Shown piece by piece: positions 8,701-18,823 of a stretch of 56,179 nucleotides of DNA (within the stretch, counting starts at the first letter, position 1; every line of letters begins with the position of its first letter). The stretch is from positions 1 to 56,179 of the forward strand of contig CABRHR010000001.1 of the NCBI GenBank assembly GCA_902470835.1. The letters run 5' to 3'. A program made the translations under genes and the position numbers. The DNA is from an uncultured Collinsella sp. GTDB lineage: Bacteria; Actinomycetota; Coriobacteriia; Coriobacteriales; Coriobacteriaceae. The notes under the pieces are model-generated. The model did no database searches and had not been told where the DNA came from. It worked only from the letters and a program-made list of their open reading frames with translations.

Positions 8701-11700
8701 GCTTCTGCTCGGCGTAGCCGTTGTCCGCACTCATCGAAGAGCCGGTAATGAGATTGCCGCTGATGGCAGCCTTGGTAGCATCGTCAGCCGCGGTCATAGC
8801 AAAGGTGAACCTGCCCGGAGCATCGGCACCGGCAACCACCTTCGTCACGGACGGGGTGTAGGTTGCCGCCTCGGTGACCGTATAGGTGTTCTTGAATTTG
8901 ACCGTCGCGACACCGGTGGACGTTACACCAGACGGATAGATCCACTGGTCCTCGAGCTCGTCCTTGCCATCGACCTGCTTGCTTACCGCTGTCGTGACTC
9001 TAAGCGTACCGTCGCCGTTATCCGCCACGACGATTCTGACCGTATGGGTCGTCTCGTCGTACGTATAGCCCGTCGTCTTTTCTTTGATCTCGCTCACCGT
9101 ATAGGTGAACGTCTTTCCGGCATCATTCTGCGTGAAGGTGAGCCCACCCGTGGGAACCAGGCTTACGGTCTTGGGGGTATCCGCCTCGACGTTTGCAGTC
9201 TCGTAAACCTTGCCGCTCTCGGGAATGCCAAGCTTGTTGGCAGAGGCCTTGTCGGCAGGTTTGACGGTATAGTAGAACGTGCTCTTAGGCGAGCCGAACA
9301 CCGTCGCGCCCTCGGGGTACGTCAGCGTCTTCTCGATCTGCAGGCCACCAGCGTCACCATAGTCGAGCCTTGCCTCATAGCGATTCACAAACGAGACAGC
9401 GGGCGTTGTGGTGCCGGCCTTGCTCGCATCGTACTGCTGCACGTAGGTATTCGCATCTTGCTTGAGCTTAGCAATCTCCTCGTCCGTCAGTGCGCTCGCA
9501 TCGCCGGCATCGCCCAGCAGCGCCGTCACGCCCGCGCCCTTGAGCACGGTCGTCACGGTATAGAGCTTGGCGGGGTCGTTCTGGCGTGCAAGAATCTTGA
9601 CGAGCACGATGGCGTCGCCGGTGTAGCCGGTGTCATAGGTGTAGCCGGCAGCCGCAGGCTGGTTCTCGCGGATGCGATAGGCAAACGTATGGCCAAGGTC
9701 CTGCTCCGTAAGCTTGCGGGCAAAGAGATTCTCTTTCCCGCTCGTGCCCTCCACGGCACTAGACGCGCCGGCCTTCGCCGCCTTGTTGGACAGATTGGCC
9801 TCGGCGCCATCGACCGATGTCTGAACGCCGTCGTACCAAAGACCGGTCACGGCAAAGGTAAACTGGCCCGCAGTAGAGGCGCGCCTCAAGGGTCTTGCTC
9901 ACCGTCACGCCACCAAAGGTGCCCGACGCATGGTATGCATTGGTAAAGGCGGCCTTGTCGGTTACGGCCTTATCCGCATCGGAAGCACCGGTATTGGCGT
10001 AAGCCACGCTCGACACGCGCAGCTTGCCCGTATGGTTGCCCGACTCGTCCAGATCGGTCACCACGACGGTCGCACGTGCGGTGTGCATGTCCATGGACAT
10101 GCTGGCCTGGACATCCTGTGCGGCGTTCTCGGTGATATTGAAGCTAAAGGTGCCTGCGCGGTTGAACGTCACGGTCGGAGTGGCTTCGGCGCCAAAGGCG
10201 AACGAGGCAACGCGTCCCGACTCGGGTGCGCTGGCGACTGCCTGGTTGGTGTTAATGACAACAACACCATCCGTTACCGCCTGCTTTGTGGTCTTACCCA
10301 GACTAGTTGCGCTGTCATCGTCCGTAGCGGCGGTAAGGTTAAAGGTGTAGCTCTCGCCCTGGTTCCAGTCGCGACCGCTCACGGTCTTTTGGCCCTGAAG
10401 GGTCACGCTCGTGGGCTCCACGCTATATTTATTGGTAAAGGAAGGTGTGGCGTCCTTGTCCAGCTTTATCGGGCCATTCTTTTCGGCCTTGTAGTATTCG
10501 ACCGAAGTCTGGATGCCAGCACCCTTCTTGGCGTTGCGCACCACGGCGTAATAGACCGATTCGTCGTAGGTCATGCCGTAGGTCACGCCCGTAACGCTGC
10601 CGGGATTCTCGGCGAACTTGTACACGTAGGCGCGTCCCGTATCCGCCTGGGCGGTATAGGAGATCGCCGGCCACGTCACCGTGCCATCGGCATTGTTGCC
10701 CACGGTGGCAGCGTTGCCTTCGGCGCCCTGGGGCATGGGAGCCGTCATGTTCTTATCAACCGTATCGAGGCTGAACGCAGCACTGTCATCCGCATAGCCG
10801 CCCACACCCTCGAGCTTAAAACTAAAGGCATTCTGGGCAAGCGGGAACGTCCCCGCGTTGTCGACTAGGGTCTTTTGAGCATGGAGGATGATGCTATGTT
10901 CGTGCGTATCGTAGCGATTGGTGAAGGTTGCGGTCTTATCGGCAACATCCGTCTTGGTGTCGACTCCCGCGTCGTCGCACTCCTGCACCACCTTCACGCT
11001 CTTAACGACCAGAGCACCAGCGTGATTGTCCTCCACCACGACCGTCGCGGTATAGACGGCGGCGGAATAGCTTATGCCGCCCGCACGGGCGTCTGAGCCA
11101 GGGATAACCTCCGAGATGGTATAGGTGTAGGTGCCCGGCTGGGTATAGGTGATGTCGCCAAACGTTGCCGTCTTATAGGTGATGTCGCCAACCGTTTGCG
11201 TCTGGGCATTCTTGGTAAGCTCGACCGTCGACACCTTGCTCTTGGCGCCATTGGGCATGGGGACGCCGTCCTCGGCCGTAAGCTGCGCGGTAAAGGTATC
11301 GCCATCGGCCCAAGGGCGGCCGTCGAGCAGCTTCTTGGCACTCAGGCCATTAAACGTTACCGAGTCGGCGCTGTACTTGTTGATGAACTCGAGTTTGTTG
11401 CTCGCAGGGATCTTCCCGTCCACGAGTGCGGCGATCTTGCCCGTGATGGTGTTGCCGGTTCCCGCCTGCTCCTGACCACCGGCCATGCGGCTCACGAGGC
11501 TAAAGCCAGCCGGAAGCACCGACTCGCCGGCAGAGCCGGTCACGGTGTTGACGATGGTCGCCAGCACATTGCCGCTGGACTCCTCGCCCTTGGTGGTGAG
11601 CTCGCTCACGCTATAGCTGTCGTCCTTCTTAAGGTCGTATACGCGAATGGTCTCGCCGGCCTTGATGGAATGGGTGCTGCCGTTCTTGAGCGTGAAGGAG

Positions 11701-14700
11701 TTGCCCACGGCATTGCCGTTCGCATCGAATACGCGTGCCTCGTAGCCCTTTTGGGACTCCGGCAGGGTGAACCTAAATGTAAACGTCAGGTCGTTGTTGC
11801 TCGCGTCCTTGGTAGGCGCGGTAAGGCCATTGTCTGCCGTCACGGTCTTGGTCACTTGTAGGCGTGCCACGCGACGATCGGTATACTGCACGGTCGTTGC
11901 CGTGGTAAAGAGGTGATTGAGCTGAAGTGTGCCCAGGTTAGTACGAGCCTTGGAGGCGTCATCGATATATGATGAGTCGTCCTCTTGGTAAAGGGCCATG
12001 CGGTTGATACCCGTGTCGGCATAGATAATCGCCCGCTGGCCGTCGCGGTCTCCGCCGTCCTCGACATAGCGCAAGACGGTCTTGGCGCTTTGCGTTGTCT
12101 TGTCATAGCGCATGTGCATCAAGTCGTTCGCAAGCGAGGGCGTCACGCCCTCGGCGGTGCACGTCTGGCCCCACGTCAGGCTTCCGTTGGCGTTAACGGT
12201 CGCGCTTTGCAGCTTTCCCTTGATGTGCGTAAGCGTGTTGTCGATTGAGTCGGGCGAGCCAAACTGCGCCAGCGAGGCAATGAGCGAACCCGGGCCGCTC
12301 ATGCTGCGCACGCCGTCGTTCGCCTCGCCGGCATCAACGTACACACCCGAATCGTCCACGATCACCTTGGTAATGGTGGCATTTGACTCGTAGCCATCCG
12401 GACTTACAGACTCACGCAGATAGTACGTGCCCTTGGTAAGGGGCGCGTGGTTTGTCGAATCGAGCGGGAAGCATGCGGTGCCCTTGAGGTCAAACGGGTA
12501 GGTCGCGTCGTTTGCCTGCACGGTGTCATACGGCGTGGCACCAGGCCTAATGGCATAGGTGCTAGGGCTATCGCCGGTAACGTCGTCCGCCTTGTACAGT
12601 TGAAACGTTGCGCCGTTGACGGGCTCACCCAAGTCGTCGACCTTCTGCACAAACAGACGATTCTGAACGTTCGTGAGGTGAATCACGGTTGAGAACTGCC
12701 TGTTTGTCGCCTGGTATTCAACCATGGAGGTGTTGTCCGTGGTTGCCTCTGCCAGAGACGATGCCGTGGTGTGGTAGACCGCCACGGTATATTCGGACTT
12801 GGACTTATCTTTCAACATGGCGGCGTACTTCTCGATATCGCCGGGCAGCGACCTGACCGTCACCTCGTAGTCGCCCCTGGTGTTGACGGCGAAGACGCTT
12901 GTGTCCGCCGATTTAGCAGCTTCGACGGCACCGGCAATGCCGTGTGCGGAGCACAGCTTGTAGCCATCGAGTGGATTGCCCGTGACTGGCGTCCATGCGT
13001 TTTCATCCGTGTCTTTCTTGCTCTCGTCGGTGCGCTTGAGCACGACGGCAAAGGTCGTGCCCGAGTTAATGGGTTTGTTATTATTGTCTTTTGTGTTTTG
13101 AGAAAGGGAAATGGTCTCTTTGGCGGCAAGGTAGCCACCGTTGAGCCACATGCGGCTACCCGTCCATGGTTTGCCGTCGGCCGTGGTGACCGTCGTTTGC
13201 GGTGCAACCACCACGCCGCCCGAGCCGCTCGTCGCAGCCTCTTTGTACTGCAGGTGCAGCTCACCTGGCGTTGCGGAAGTCGATGAGGTCAGGCTCGAGC
13301 GATATCCCGCGGGCAGGTCTGTCTCTTTGAGCACAAAGTAGTCGTGCCCCGCGGTATGCTGGTTATCGAACGAAAGAACGGAGCCGTCTGACTCCAAAAG
13401 CACCAGCTGACCCTTATCGTCCGTCGTACCCTGAGCGATGGGGTCGCCCTGCGTCTTCCAGTTGGCACCCGACTGATACAGCGCAAACTTGGCGCCCTGG
13501 ACTGCCTCACCGTTCTGATTGACCTTCTCGACCTCGGACGACGGCAGCGTGGTGAGGTTGAACTTGAGCTTCATGTTCGATGCGCCCGCGCCACGCTCTA
13601 GGTAGAAGAAGCTCAGCGTATGCTTACTGCTCTCACGGAAGGTGCTGCCGGAGAAGTTGGAGGTATCTGCCTTGGCGGCTTCGAACATATTTAGGATGGT
13701 TGTATCTTCAATTGTCTGTTCTTCATCATTTGCGTTGTCGACATGGCCGACATGCACTGCGCCCGTGGCAAAGTTGATCTTGAGCGTCGCCTTCTCGTGA
13801 ATGCCGCCCAGATCACCCACGAGCACGCCATCGATGTAGACCCAGACGTCGTCATCACCCGAGAACTCAAAGACCATGTCACCATCGGTGGTCTGTCCAC
13901 CCTTAGGCTGGACAAACTCCGTGGTCATGGACATGCCAAAGTGATGGTTGAGGCTCGTGTTTCCGTCCACGATCTTTTTGGGAGAGAGCTTATTGCCCTG
14001 TTCGTCGAAAACTTTCTCAGCCGAGTCAAAGGGGAAGAACTGGCCTAGATTGGTTTCGCTATCAGTACTTCCCTTGTATACGCCCGCGGAGTCGTAGACG
14101 TTAAAGGAGTTCGTCGTGGAGTTGTACACGGCATAGTTGCCATCAGAACCATACGAGTCGTAGACGTAGTATCCGCCCTCAAGCTGGAAGAGGCCCTTCA
14201 CGTTGTTGTAGACGGCCTTACCGTCCTGATCGCCATTAGCCTGACTGGCGTTGTTAAAGAGATAGGCCAGCGACTCATCGGTGTAGTTAACGCCATTGCC
14301 TTGGGAGGTGTAGGTGCCTTTCTTGATTGCCGGATAGCCATTTACAAGCTGATTCTCAACAAACCGAAGGCGGCCGTAGCCAGCGGTACCGCTCCTGCCC
14401 GTCCACTTGTTAATGCCTGTGCCGGCGCCGCCATTAAACTTGAGCTGATGGTCTTTATTGATGCCGGTGTTGTCATTCTTGTTGTCGTTGTTAACATTGG
14501 CGGACTTGTCGTTATCGCCGTTCACGACCCAGTAGTCGAACAGGTTGACCGTGGTGCCGGTGGGATTCACCGTCTTTACGGTATGGTTGCTATAGGGAAC
14601 CGTCTGGTCGGCCGATGCGCTCGTCGCACCAAACATGAGCGCGCACGCCGCCAGCGGGACGGTCAAAACCTTTAGGACGCGCTTGGCTTTATTGGTTTTT

Positions 14701-14750
14701 GCGCCAAAAGGCTCCAGCATTTCTCGAACTCTCGCACATACGCGATTCAT
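2753..14750 (-). pseudogene. Giant sortase-anchored adhesin (~4000 aa if intact) with a single frameshift at ~9884: signal peptide, fibro-slime/PA14-like domain, SpaA-like domains, many Spy0128/FctA-like Ig repeats, DUF11-like repeats, MPDTG anchor
   Basis: ORFs 9759-14765 and 2753-9889 join as ...VSKTLE|RASTAGQFTF..., matching the repeat motif KTLxGR...GxFxF; RBS GGGAGG before ATG 14750; FSGDDDVWVYIDG..DLGGIH motif; recurring YTxxE...YD...F-x-N-x-Y repeats; C-terminal PGTP repeats, MPDTG, TM, YRRRR. Confidence 0.85.
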
Positions 14751-15071
14751 GAAGGCCCTCCCCAATCCATGAGGACGGCAAGCAGTAGCTCGTTATATGT
14801 ATGTCGTCGCCCTCATCGATGCAAACATACGCCCCCCGCAGAAACGCAAGGCGGGACATCGCAATATACTTAAAAGTGTAGCAATTTGGCTGACCCAAAA
14901 TTCCGCATCAGGTTGCCACTCAGGCGTAAAAACGAACCATTCGCGCCATCGACATACCCCAGTAGGACAAATCGACCGGCAATCTATATCCCCCACATCC
15001 CACAAAGTAGCTATTTTGGGACGGGGCTATTTTGACTACTCGGCCAAACCGGACTCCCGGGGAAATAAGTT

Positions 15072-16853
15072 CTAGAGGCGAGCGAGGTCGTAGGATCGAG
15101 CGGCCGCTTCACCGGCGCAGATGAGGTTGGTTGTGGCTTCTTGCACACCGAGCGCCCGGTCAAGGTCCATGGGCTTGCGGCAGATCGGAAGCACCAAGTC
15201 GACGCCCTGCCCATACACCGCATCGAGGTTGTCAGCACGACCGCCCACGACAGCAATCACCGGCTTGCCATATCGCTTCGCACGACGGGCCACACCCACC
15301 GGCGCCTTGCCAGCGGCGGACTGCTCGTCCATGTTGCCCTCACCCGTTATGACCAGGTCGACATCGCGTACGCGCTCGTCAAACCCCACGAGATCGAGCA
15401 CCGTCTCCACACCCGAGCGTAGCTCCGCACCGAGTGCCAGCAACGCCGCGCCCAATCCACCGGCAGCGCCCGCGCCGGGCACGCCGAGCACCGAGCCAAA
15501 TGTCCGTGCGCCCTCGGGCACGCGCAACAGCCCCTGAGCCCGCACCCCGATAATCGCCGCATCGAGCAGGCGGCCGTAGCCGACCATCCAGCTGTCGTAC
15601 CTGCGCAGTACCTCGGCATCATCCGTCGGCAGGCCCTTCTGTCCGCCGAACACCGCAAGCGCGCCGCGACGCCCTACGAGCGGATTCTCGACATCCGAAA
15701 GCACAACAATACGCACGCCATTCAGTGCCCGAAGCGCTGGCGCCAAATCGATACTCGCCACGTGTTCAAGGCCCGTAAGACCGGGGGCGACATCGCAGCC
15801 CTGATCATCGACCACACGCGCGCCCAGCGCCTGCAGCATGCCGGCGCCACCGTCGTTGGTGGCACTGCCGCCCAGACCAATATAGAGCGTCTTTGCGCCC
15901 ATGCGAACCGCGCGAAGTATGAGTTCGCCCACGCCATAGGTTGTAGCAGCCAACGCCGACGACTCCCTGCAAGGCGAATACCCAATGCCGGCCGCCTCGG
16001 CCATCTCAATTACAGCCGAGTCGCGCTCGTCGTCCACCAGCATCCGGGCAGGCACACGCTCGCCAAAGGGGCCTGCAACCTCGCAGGCCACAAGCTCGCC
16101 ACCGCGCGCGGCGATGGCATCGAGCGTTCCCTCGCCACCATCTGCCAGCGGCAATGCGCGCACCTCGGCATCGGACCACACACGGCGCACGCCTTCGGCA
16201 ACCGCCGCCTCCGCCTGCGCACTCGAAACGCTGCCCTTAAAGGAGTCGATCGCCAGCAGCACACGGCGGGGCCGGCGGCACGCAGGACCAAAGTCAACCG
16301 CCGTGTCAGCATCCTCACCGGCACCTGCAAGCGCTGCGGCGTGAGCGGCGTGTGCTTCAAGATCGGCCCCACAACCGCAATCAGCGCCGCCCGCTCCGCG
16401 CAGACCGCCAAAATAGTTACTCAGCAGCTCGCGACATTCATCCGCCAGGACCCCAGCCGTCACGTTAAACCGATGATTCAGGCGCGAGTCGGCATTCAAA
16501 TCGTATAGGGATCCCAGCGCGCCCGCCTTGGCATCAGCCGCGCCATACACGCAGCGCCCCACGCGCGCGTTGACCATAAGCCCCGCACACATGCAGCAGG
16601 GCTCGAGCGTCACGTAGACCGTGCAATCGGAAAGGCGCCAGCGACCGAGCGACCGAGCGGCAGCGCACAGGGCCGCGAACTCTGCATGAGCCGAAGGATC
16701 CTGATCGAGCTCGCGCCGATTGTGCGCCCTCGCGACGATCTCGCCGTCGCGCACCACTATGGCACCGATGGGCACCTCGCCCACCGCCGCGGCGGCGCGC
16801 GCCTCCGCCAGCGCCTCGTGCATGAACTTCTCGTCGATTTCGGTGATCGTCAT
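15072..16853 (-). CDS. tadA: Fusion of tRNA adenosine(34) deaminase TadA and glycerate kinase (GlxK/GarK family)
   Basis: N-terminal EVPIGA, AHAE, TLEPCCMC, HRF motifs; C-terminal DSFKGS, ADGGEGT, GGSATNDGG, GAGAAGGLG, TGEG motifs; one continuous ORF; ATG 16853 with GGGAAGG RBS. Confidence 0.9.
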   Translation of the reverse strand: MTITEIDEKFMHEALAEARAAAAVGEVPIGAIVVRDGEIVARAHNRRELDQDPSAHAEFAALCAAARSLGRWRLSDCTVYVTLEPCCMCAGLMVNARVGRCVYGAADAKAGALGSLYDLNADSRLNHRFNVTAGVLADECRELLSNYFGGLRGAGGADCGCGADLEAHAAHAAALAGAGEDADTAVDFGPACRRPRRVLLAIDSFKGSVSSAQAEAAVAEGVRRVWSDAEVRALPLADGGEGTLDAIAARGGELVACEVAGPFGERVPARMLVDDERDSAVIEMAEAAGIGYSPCRESSALAATTYGVGELILRAVRMGAKTLYIGLGGSATNDGGAGMLQALGARVVDDQGCDVAPGLTGLEHVASIDLAPALRALNGVRIVVLSDVENPLVGRRGALAVFGGQKGLPTDDAEVLRRYDSWMVGYGRLLDAAIIGVRAQGLLRVPEGARTFGSVLGVPGAGAAGGLGAALLALGAELRSGVETVLDLVGFDERVRDVDLVITGEGNMDEQSAAGKAPVGVARRAKRYGKPVIAVVGGRADNLDAVYGQGVDLVLPICRKPMDLDRALGVQEATTNLICAGEAAARSYDLARL

Positions 16854-16904
16854 CGTTCGCCTTCCCTGTTGCAAATTCAAAACGATGCTATCATTACGAC
16901 TCAC

Positions 16905-16994
16905 GGAGAGATGGCAGAGCGGTTGAATGCGGCGGTCTTGAAAACCGTTGAGCGCGAGAGCGTTCCGGGGGTTCGAATCCCCCTCTCTCCGCCA
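16905..16994 (+). tRNA. tRNA-Ser (anticodon TGA), CCA encoded
   Basis: GGAGAGA acceptor stem, anticodon loop CTTGAAA, long variable arm, GTTCGAATC T-loop, TCTCTCCGCCA end. Confidence 0.97.
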
Positions 16995-16996
16995 CT

Positions 16997-17593
16997 TTAG
17001 TGATTCACCGGTGTCATGGTCCGCTCAAACAGTGCATCGACCACGTCGGCTATCTCGGGTCGACGCTCAAGATCGTGGCCCGATTCCCACCATATCGTGA
17101 AAAGTCGAATAATACCGCCGGCGACAAACTCAGACGTCGTCTCAAGTGACACGGGGGCCAGGGCATCCTCGGCAAGCACGTTCATCACACGCTCGCGGAT
17201 GGAGCGGGCAATGCGGTCGCAAATAACGTTGGTCAACATGCCCGACATGCTGCTTGCCAAAATGTTATCCATGAGCTGCTCGTGCGCCAGAATCAAATCC
17301 ATGGCATCGTCCAAAATCGCGTGTCGAAGCGCGCGCACGTCCTCGGCAGACACTGCGCCGGCCTCATCGGGCTGTTTTTGCGGCAAGCCCGACATGAGCC
17401 CATCGATATAAAAGGCAAAGTAATCGTTCTTGTCGCGAAAGTGCTTGTAGAACGTCGTGCGGCGAATCATGGCGCGGTCGCACAGCATGGCAACCGTCAG
17501 GTCCTCAAAACGATGCTCCTCGAGAAGCTCGGTGAAGGCATCGAACAGGGCGCGGTAGGTTTTCTTAATGCGAAGGTCCACTGGTATCGCCAT
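16997..17593 (-). CDS. TetR/AcrR family transcriptional regulator
   Basis: DLRIKKT..LTVAMLCDRAMIRRTTFYKHF HTH; start MAIPV at 17593. Confidence 0.9.
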   Translation of the reverse strand: MAIPVDLRIKKTYRALFDAFTELLEEHRFEDLTVAMLCDRAMIRRTTFYKHFRDKNDYFAFYIDGLMSGLPQKQPDEAGAVSAEDVRALRHAILDDAMDLILAHEQLMDNILASSMSGMLTNVICDRIARSIRERVMNVLAEDALAPVSLETTSEFVAGGIIRLFTIWWESGHDLERRPEIADVVDALFERTMTPVNH

Positions 17594-17792
17594 CCTCAGG
17601 GCAAAGACAACACTCGTCAATCTGTCGCATATCTTACACCTGTACCTCGCGCGCTTTGCCCCGGTGCCAACCCCGCCGAAAACACAACGCTTGCCGGAAA
17701 GTTCGGCACGGCAAAACGTTGCGGGTATACTAGTAGCGTTATACCAACGGCAGCTGGCGCATGCCGCCGCGGCCATTCGAAACGGAGACATC

Positions 17793-18344
17793 ATGATTAC
17801 CGTCATCATCGGCATCGTTGTTGTCATTGTGATTGTCTGCGCCATCGCCGGCATTTACAACAACATGGTCACCAAGCGTAACCGCATCGATAACGCCTGG
17901 CAGAACATCGATACGCAGCTGCAGCGCCGCAACGACCTGATCCCCAACCTGGTCGAGACCGTCAAGGGCTACGCCAAGCACGAGCAGGAGACGCTCTCCG
18001 CCGTGATCAGCGCGCGTAACACCGCCGTCAAGGCCACCACGCCCGAGGCCAAGATGGAAGCCGACAACGTGCTGACCGGTGCGCTGCGCCAGCTCTTCGC
18101 CGTGGCCGAGGCCTATCCCGATCTTAAGGCAAACACCAACTTTACGCAGCTGCAGGCATCGCTCGAGGATACCGAGAACAAGATTAGCTATGCACGCCAG
18201 AGCTACAACGATTGCGTGCTCAGCTACAATAATGCCATTCAGACGTTCCCGGCTGTCATCTTTGCCGGCATCTTCCAGTTTAAGGAGCGCCAGGGCTTCG
18301 AGGCCGCCGAAGCAGCCCGCCAGGCCCCGACCGTCAAGTTCTAG
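17793..18344 (+). CDS. lemA: LemA family protein
   Basis: N-terminal TM; AWQNIDTQLQRRNDLIPNLVETVKGYA; EAYPDLKAN; RBS GGAGA. Confidence 0.95.
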   Translation: MITVIIGIVVVIVIVCAIAGIYNNMVTKRNRIDNAWQNIDTQLQRRNDLIPNLVETVKGYAKHEQETLSAVISARNTAVKATTPEAKMEADNVLTGALRQLFAVAEAYPDLKANTNFTQLQASLEDTENKISYARQSYNDCVLSYNNAIQTFPAVIFAGIFQFKERQGFEAAEAARQAPTVKF

Positions 18345-18380
18345 TAGTTTGGCAGCGCATCCTTAATCGGCCAAATGTAT

Positions 18381-18426
18381 AAACCGCCCCGTCGAATGCA
18401 TACTTCGACGGGGCGGTTTCCTTTTT
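18381..18426 (+). terminator. lemA intrinsic terminator
   Basis: aaaccgccccgtcgaa / ttcgacggggcggttt stem followed by T-rich tail. Confidence 0.85.
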
Positions 18427-18449
18427 CGCGAAGGTCCCCCTCTGAGCGC

Positions 18450-18652
18450 CGTGCATTTTCAGGAGTATTCAACATAACCAAGAGCTTCGGGCGCCACGAT
18501 AAATGCCAAAGACCGCGAATATCCCTGCAAATCAAACGCTGCCAGCCCATAACCCCGCCCATCATTCGTAGAAAACATCGAGAAATCCCGATTTTTTGCC
18601 CGAGGTCGGTATGCAGGGCCCTTCGATTGCAGAATACTCGCAAAAATGCACG
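18450..18652. repeat. ~200-bp non-coding element bounded by imperfect 21-bp inverted repeats
   Basis: cgtgcattttcaggagtattc (18450-18470) vs gaatactcgcaaaaatgcacg (18632-18652), 18/21 complementary; related inverted copy at 18517-18538. Confidence 0.6.
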
Positions 18653-18691
18653 TCGCCACCACCCCCACATGGCGCGACCCAAAACAAAAGC

Positions 18692-18798
18692 GCGGCCTTC
18701 CTTTCCGGCGCACTTCGCAGGACGAAAGAACCCCCGCCGCACGTAGTGCGCAGCGGGGGTTCTTTCATGTCCGAGGACGCGCCGGAAAGGAAGGTCGC
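18692..18798 (-). terminator. Long nested hairpin downstream of ilvE
   Basis: Outer gcggccttcctttccggcgc / gcgccggaaaggaaggtcgc; inner gaaagaacccccgc / gcgggggttctttc. Confidence 0.65.
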
Positions 18799-18823
18799 CC
18801 TCGGGCCGGACAGCTAAGACAGC

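Noticed and set aside
11144..11191. 18-bp direct repeat at 30-bp spacing in the adhesin (GDITY twice)
   Set aside because: In-frame micro-duplication typical of repeat proteins; no further signal
16975..16994. tRNA-Ser 3' end as integration site
   Set aside because: No duplicated 3' end or integrase noticed in the window
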